From Candidatus Woesearchaeota archaeon (lineage in GTDB: Archaea > Nanobdellota > Nanobdellia > Tiddalikarchaeales > Tiddalikarchaeaceae), in assembly GCA_964457955.1 (NCBI GenBank), contig CAYWEY010000003.1:14439-78438 (forward strand): 64,000 bases of DNA, given 5' to 3'. Positions 61,032 to 64,000 of this stretch are shown here, piece by piece; position 1 is the first letter of the stretch, and each line of letters begins with the position of its first letter. Made by a program: the position numbers and the translations under genes. Below the pieces are notes generated by a model. That model saw only the letters and a list, made by a program, of their open reading frames with translations. It was not told the origin of the DNA and made no database searches.

Positions 61032-62165
61032 ATGAAATTTAATGAATTTAATGTTAGTGATGATTTAATCACTGATTTAAAAAAACATGATATAATCAAT
61101 CTTACTCCTGTTCAGGAGCAGGCAATCCCGCACATTCTTAATGAAAGAGATTTGCTTGTACAATCCAAAACAGGAAGCGGTAAAACAATAGGTTTTGCGG
61201 TACCGACTATTGAGAATATTGAACCAAAAGGAGATGTGCAGATTCTTGTGATTACTCCAACACGTGAACTAGCAAGGCAGGTTGGAAAAGAATATATGAA
61301 GTTTTCAAAAACTAAAGGACTTAAAACAGTTCTTGTTTATGGAGGAGTATCTGTGAGAAAACAGTCTCAAAAAGTTGGTTTTGCAGATATTATTGTAGGA
61401 ACTCCTGGAAGACTTCTTGACTTATTGTACAGGAAAGTATTAAAACTGGATAATGTTGAGTACTTAGTTATTGATGAAGCAGACAGGTTAATGGATATGG
61501 GTTTCATTGATGATATTAACAAAATCCTTAACTTTACGCCTAAGAATAAGCAGAGCATATTATGCAGTGCGACAATAAATTCCAGAGTATTAAAGTTAAA
61601 AGATAAGTATTTGAATAATCCTGCTGAAGTCATACTGAATAATAAATTAAAAAACAATAAATTAGAACAATACTATTATAATGTCAGAAAGAACAGAAAA
61701 TTGTCTTTACTTACTCATTTGTTAAGAAATGAAGACACTGATTTGGTTTTAGTATTCTGCAACATGAAGAGAACAACCCGGTTTGTGGCAAAAGTACTTA
61801 AGTATAATGGTATAAAAGCTGCATGCATGAATGGTGATATGAGCCAGCATAGCAGGGAAAAAACTATTAAGAAATTTATAGAAGGAAAAATAAAAGTATT
61901 GGTTGCAACAGATGTTGCTGCAAGAGGATTGCATGTTGATAACATAACTCATGTTATAAATTACAACCTACCACATAATGAGAAAACATACACTCATCGT
62001 GTGGGAAGAACAGCACGCAACGGGAAAGAAGGAAAAGCAATAATATTATTATCAAGTGATGATTTCCGTGAAATGGATAAGATAAAAAATATTTATCGCG
62101 GAAAAATTAATGAATCAAAAGCAAGTAATTACAAAAAAGTGAGAATTCCTTCTAGAAAAAGATAA
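61032..62165 (+). CDS. DEAD-box ATP-dependent RNA helicase
   Basis: Q motif, SKTGSGKT, PTRELA, DEAD, SAT, HRVGRTARNG. Confidence 0.9.
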   Translation: MKFNEFNVSDDLITDLKKHDIINLTPVQEQAIPHILNERDLLVQSKTGSGKTIGFAVPTIENIEPKGDVQILVITPTRELARQVGKEYMKFSKTKGLKTVLVYGGVSVRKQSQKVGFADIIVGTPGRLLDLLYRKVLKLDNVEYLVIDEADRLMDMGFIDDINKILNFTPKNKQSILCSATINSRVLKLKDKYLNNPAEVILNNKLKNNKLEQYYYNVRKNRKLSLLTHLLRNEDTDLVLVFCNMKRTTRFVAKVLKYNGIKAACMNGDMSQHSREKTIKKFIEGKIKVLVATDVAARGLHVDNITHVINYNLPHNEKTYTHRVGRTARNGKEGKAIILLSSDDFREMDKIKNIYRGKINESKASNYKKVRIPSRKR

Positions 62166-62229
62166 AAAAAATAAAAAATAATAAAAATTGTTTTTTGAAA
62201 AATTAAATTTTTTTAATTAGAAATTTTTT

Positions 62230-62520
62230 TTATGCCTCTTCAATATCAGAAACTTCACTTTCTTCTGGTTCTTCCATCTCTTCTATGTCTTCCATTTCAG
62301 TTTCTTCAGCGCCTTCTGCGCCTTCTTCTATTTTTTCAACTTCTTCGGCTTTAAGACCTCTGTCTCCCTGAACAATCTCAAAAGAGACTCTGTCACCTTC
62401 TTTGATGTTTACTCCTTCCTTTAATCCACTTACGTGAACAAAGTAATCTTTTCCGTCATCTCCGGTTATAAAGCCGTAATTCTTCATATTATTAAAAAAC
62501 TTTACAGTTCCTTCTTTCAT
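62230..62520 (-). CDS. cold-shock-domain protein (CspA family) with acidic C-terminal tail
   Basis: GTVKFFNNMKNYGFITGDDGKDYFVHVSGL RNP1/RNP2-type CSD; E/D-rich 35-aa tail. Confidence 0.85.
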   Translation of the reverse strand: MKEGTVKFFNNMKNYGFITGDDGKDYFVHVSGLKEGVNIKEGDRVSFEIVQGDRGLKAEEVEKIEEGAEGAEETEMEDIEEMEEPEESEVSDIEEA

Positions 62521-62789
62521 ATTAATCTTGTAAAATCAATTTGGGTTTAAAAGTATTTGGGTTAATTAACCTCTTTTACCCAATATTTTATTAAATTTTT
62601 TGAAATATTCTCTGCTTGGAGTAAAATTTTTCATATTATCCTTCTCGGATTTTATAAAATATTCTAAATCATTTTTTTGATAATTCTAAATAATCCTCAT
62701 TAATCCCAAAATGTATTCTGAATCTAACATTCATATCCTCTAACGCGTTGATAGTCTTCCAAATATGATTTAATAAATATATGTTTATT

Positions 62790-63197
62790 CTTTAACCCCA
62801 TATCATAATATATTATTCCTCTTTTTTCTTAAATCCAGCCAGACTGTTGTAAAAAAAAGAATCTCCTATTGTTAACTGAGTTTTTATTTAGTTATATTAT
62901 TGGCTTTGGAGTTCGGTCCTGACCATGTTCACTTATTCATTGGTGACTGGAAAGATTATGCGGTGAGAAAATTAGTGCAGTTGTTGAAAGAATTTGTTAG
63001 CAGAATGATGAGAAAAAACCATTGGAAACTCTTCAAAAACATGTTATGGGGAAAAAAAATTCTGGAGCAACGGATACTCCTACAGAACAATAGGAAGCGT
63101 CACAACAAAAACCATCAAAATCTACAAAAGCACTGGAAAAATTATTAAACTTCAGAACACCCACTACTTCAGTCGTGGGATTACTTTACAAAAGTAA
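62790..63197 (+). mobile_element. tnpA: IS200/IS605-family tnpA (Y1 HUH transposase) remnant: N-terminally decayed and frameshifted
   Basis: LEFGPDHVHLFIGD (HUH motif) in ORF 62900-63148; after an A8 run (63052-63059) the +1 frame reads KKFWSNGYSYRTIGSVTTKTIKIYKSTGK (catalytic-Tyr region); upstream only degenerate YHIIIYY-like traces. Confidence 0.5.
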
Positions 63198-63208
63198 TTT
63201 TTTCATGT

Positions 63209-63940
63209 TCAGATATTTTCCAAATACGATTTGAATTTTTTGGGAATTTGTTTAATATCCACCCATAAGAATTCAATTTTTTTCTTATTTAGTTTTTTTT
63301 CAATTAATTTTTTAGCATAATCTTTAATGTTAAGAACGTATATCTCTTCTTTTTTAGAAACAAATGGTTTTACCATCATACCTGATCCTCTGGGAATGCC
63401 CCCAATTTCTTCTTTTGCTTTAGTAACAACAGTGATTAAAGGATGCTCTAATTCACCTGAAGGATTAGTTTTTCTAAATCCTTCTACAACCTTGAAAGTA
63501 TTTCCTTCAGAATTTTTTAACATAAGAACTTCTTTTGTTTTAGAATTATAAACTGCTAGTGCTACTTTCAAACCTGATTCAGGAGCATTATCATATTTTG
63601 ATTTTAATTGAGAACAAAAAGTGTCACTAATTTTGTTTCTAAAATTAGAAAGGATGTCCGCTTCGTCTACTTTTTTTCCTTTAGTATTAAGTATTGGTAA
63701 ATCATATTTTTTCAATCCAACAATTATTGATTTAATCTTTTCAGGATCGTCATATTTTGAAGAAATCCTATCAAAATCAATAATTATTGCTTTTGGTTTC
63801 CAATCCTTAACTATGAATTCTTGTACTCCTTCATGGCCGGATGTAGCATCATTCCTAGTAATTATAAAGTAAGATAAACGGGAACTAAATTTTCTTCTTA
63901 TACTTTTAAAGTCATCTATACGATGCCATAAATTAGTCAT
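63209..63940 (-). CDS. hypothetical protein (reading frame stays open to the window edge; true start may lie beyond 64000)
   Basis: 243 aa from first Met; no stop upstream within window. Confidence 0.4.
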   Translation of the reverse strand: MTNLWHRIDDFKSIRRKFSSRLSYFIITRNDATSGHEGVQEFIVKDWKPKAIIIDFDRISSKYDDPEKIKSIIVGLKKYDLPILNTKGKKVDEADILSNFRNKISDTFCSQLKSKYDNAPESGLKVALAVYNSKTKEVLMLKNSEGNTFKVVEGFRKTNPSGELEHPLITVVTKAKEEIGGIPRGSGMMVKPFVSKKEEIYVLNIKDYAKKLIEKKLNKKKIEFLWVDIKQIPKKFKSYLENI

Positions 63941-64000
63941 TAAGTCTTTGTTTCCTGCCAGAGTGATTTCACCTTCAATTAAGATACCAAAATTGTTAAA

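Noticed and set aside
61367-61952. Three minus-strand ORFs
   Set aside because: Antisense within the DEAD-box helicase gene
1-64000. CRISPR arrays / obvious defence systems
   Set aside because: No regularly spaced direct repeats and no cas-like genes detected by eye anywhere in the window

Overview
This window is a roughly 30% GC segment of an archaeal chromosome, read directly from the sequence. Gene content looks like a small-genome, DPANN-like archaeon, but that lineage call is an inference. Supporting markers are form III RuBisCO, ADP-forming acetyl-CoA synthetase with alpha and beta subunits encoded 4 kb apart, a 23S rRNA gene with no adjacent 16S, an intron-containing tRNA, an Fe/Mn SOD, MsrB and a cupredoxin. 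RNA genes are 23S rRNA (minus, ~19990-22935) and six tRNAs: Arg-TCG, Pro-CGG, Arg-CCT with a 95-nt intron, Arg-TCT, Ser-CGA and Glu-TTC. Protein genes include ArgRS (3' part), KsgA, an HD hydrolase, a GT2 glycosyltransferase, a sugar-phosphate nucleotidyltransferase, three very large polytopic membrane proteins, a glycogen-debranching-like GH, three tandem GH130 domains, a MacB/FtsX-type ABC exporter, a CaCA exchanger, a HerA-like ATPase, a redox-stress island (2 ferredoxins, rhodanese, cupredoxin, MsrB, SOD), a Nudix hydrolase, NadE, and a DEAD-box helicase next to a cold-shock protein. The most unusual locus is a minus-strand cluster at 51.3-56.4 kb. It holds three paralogous radical-SAM/SPASM enzymes, a class-I SAM methyltransferase, a TtuA/NcsA-like PP-loop ATPase and an unannotated 33-codon ORF (53391-53492). 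Together these look like an undescribed RiPP-type peptide-maturation system. Other points: a tandem triplication of YkgJ-type CxxCxxCC proteins, a candidate C/D-box sRNA inside the tRNA-Arg(CCT) intron, and a 274-nt GC-rich structured RNA candidate next to the 23S gene. Several genes are broken by frameshifts, three of them at homopolymer runs: an MBL hydrolase, a CheR-like MTase, a xylose-isomerase-like TIM barrel, one rSAM gene and an IS200-type tnpA remnant. These are either real pseudogenes or assembly indels. No CRISPR array was found.
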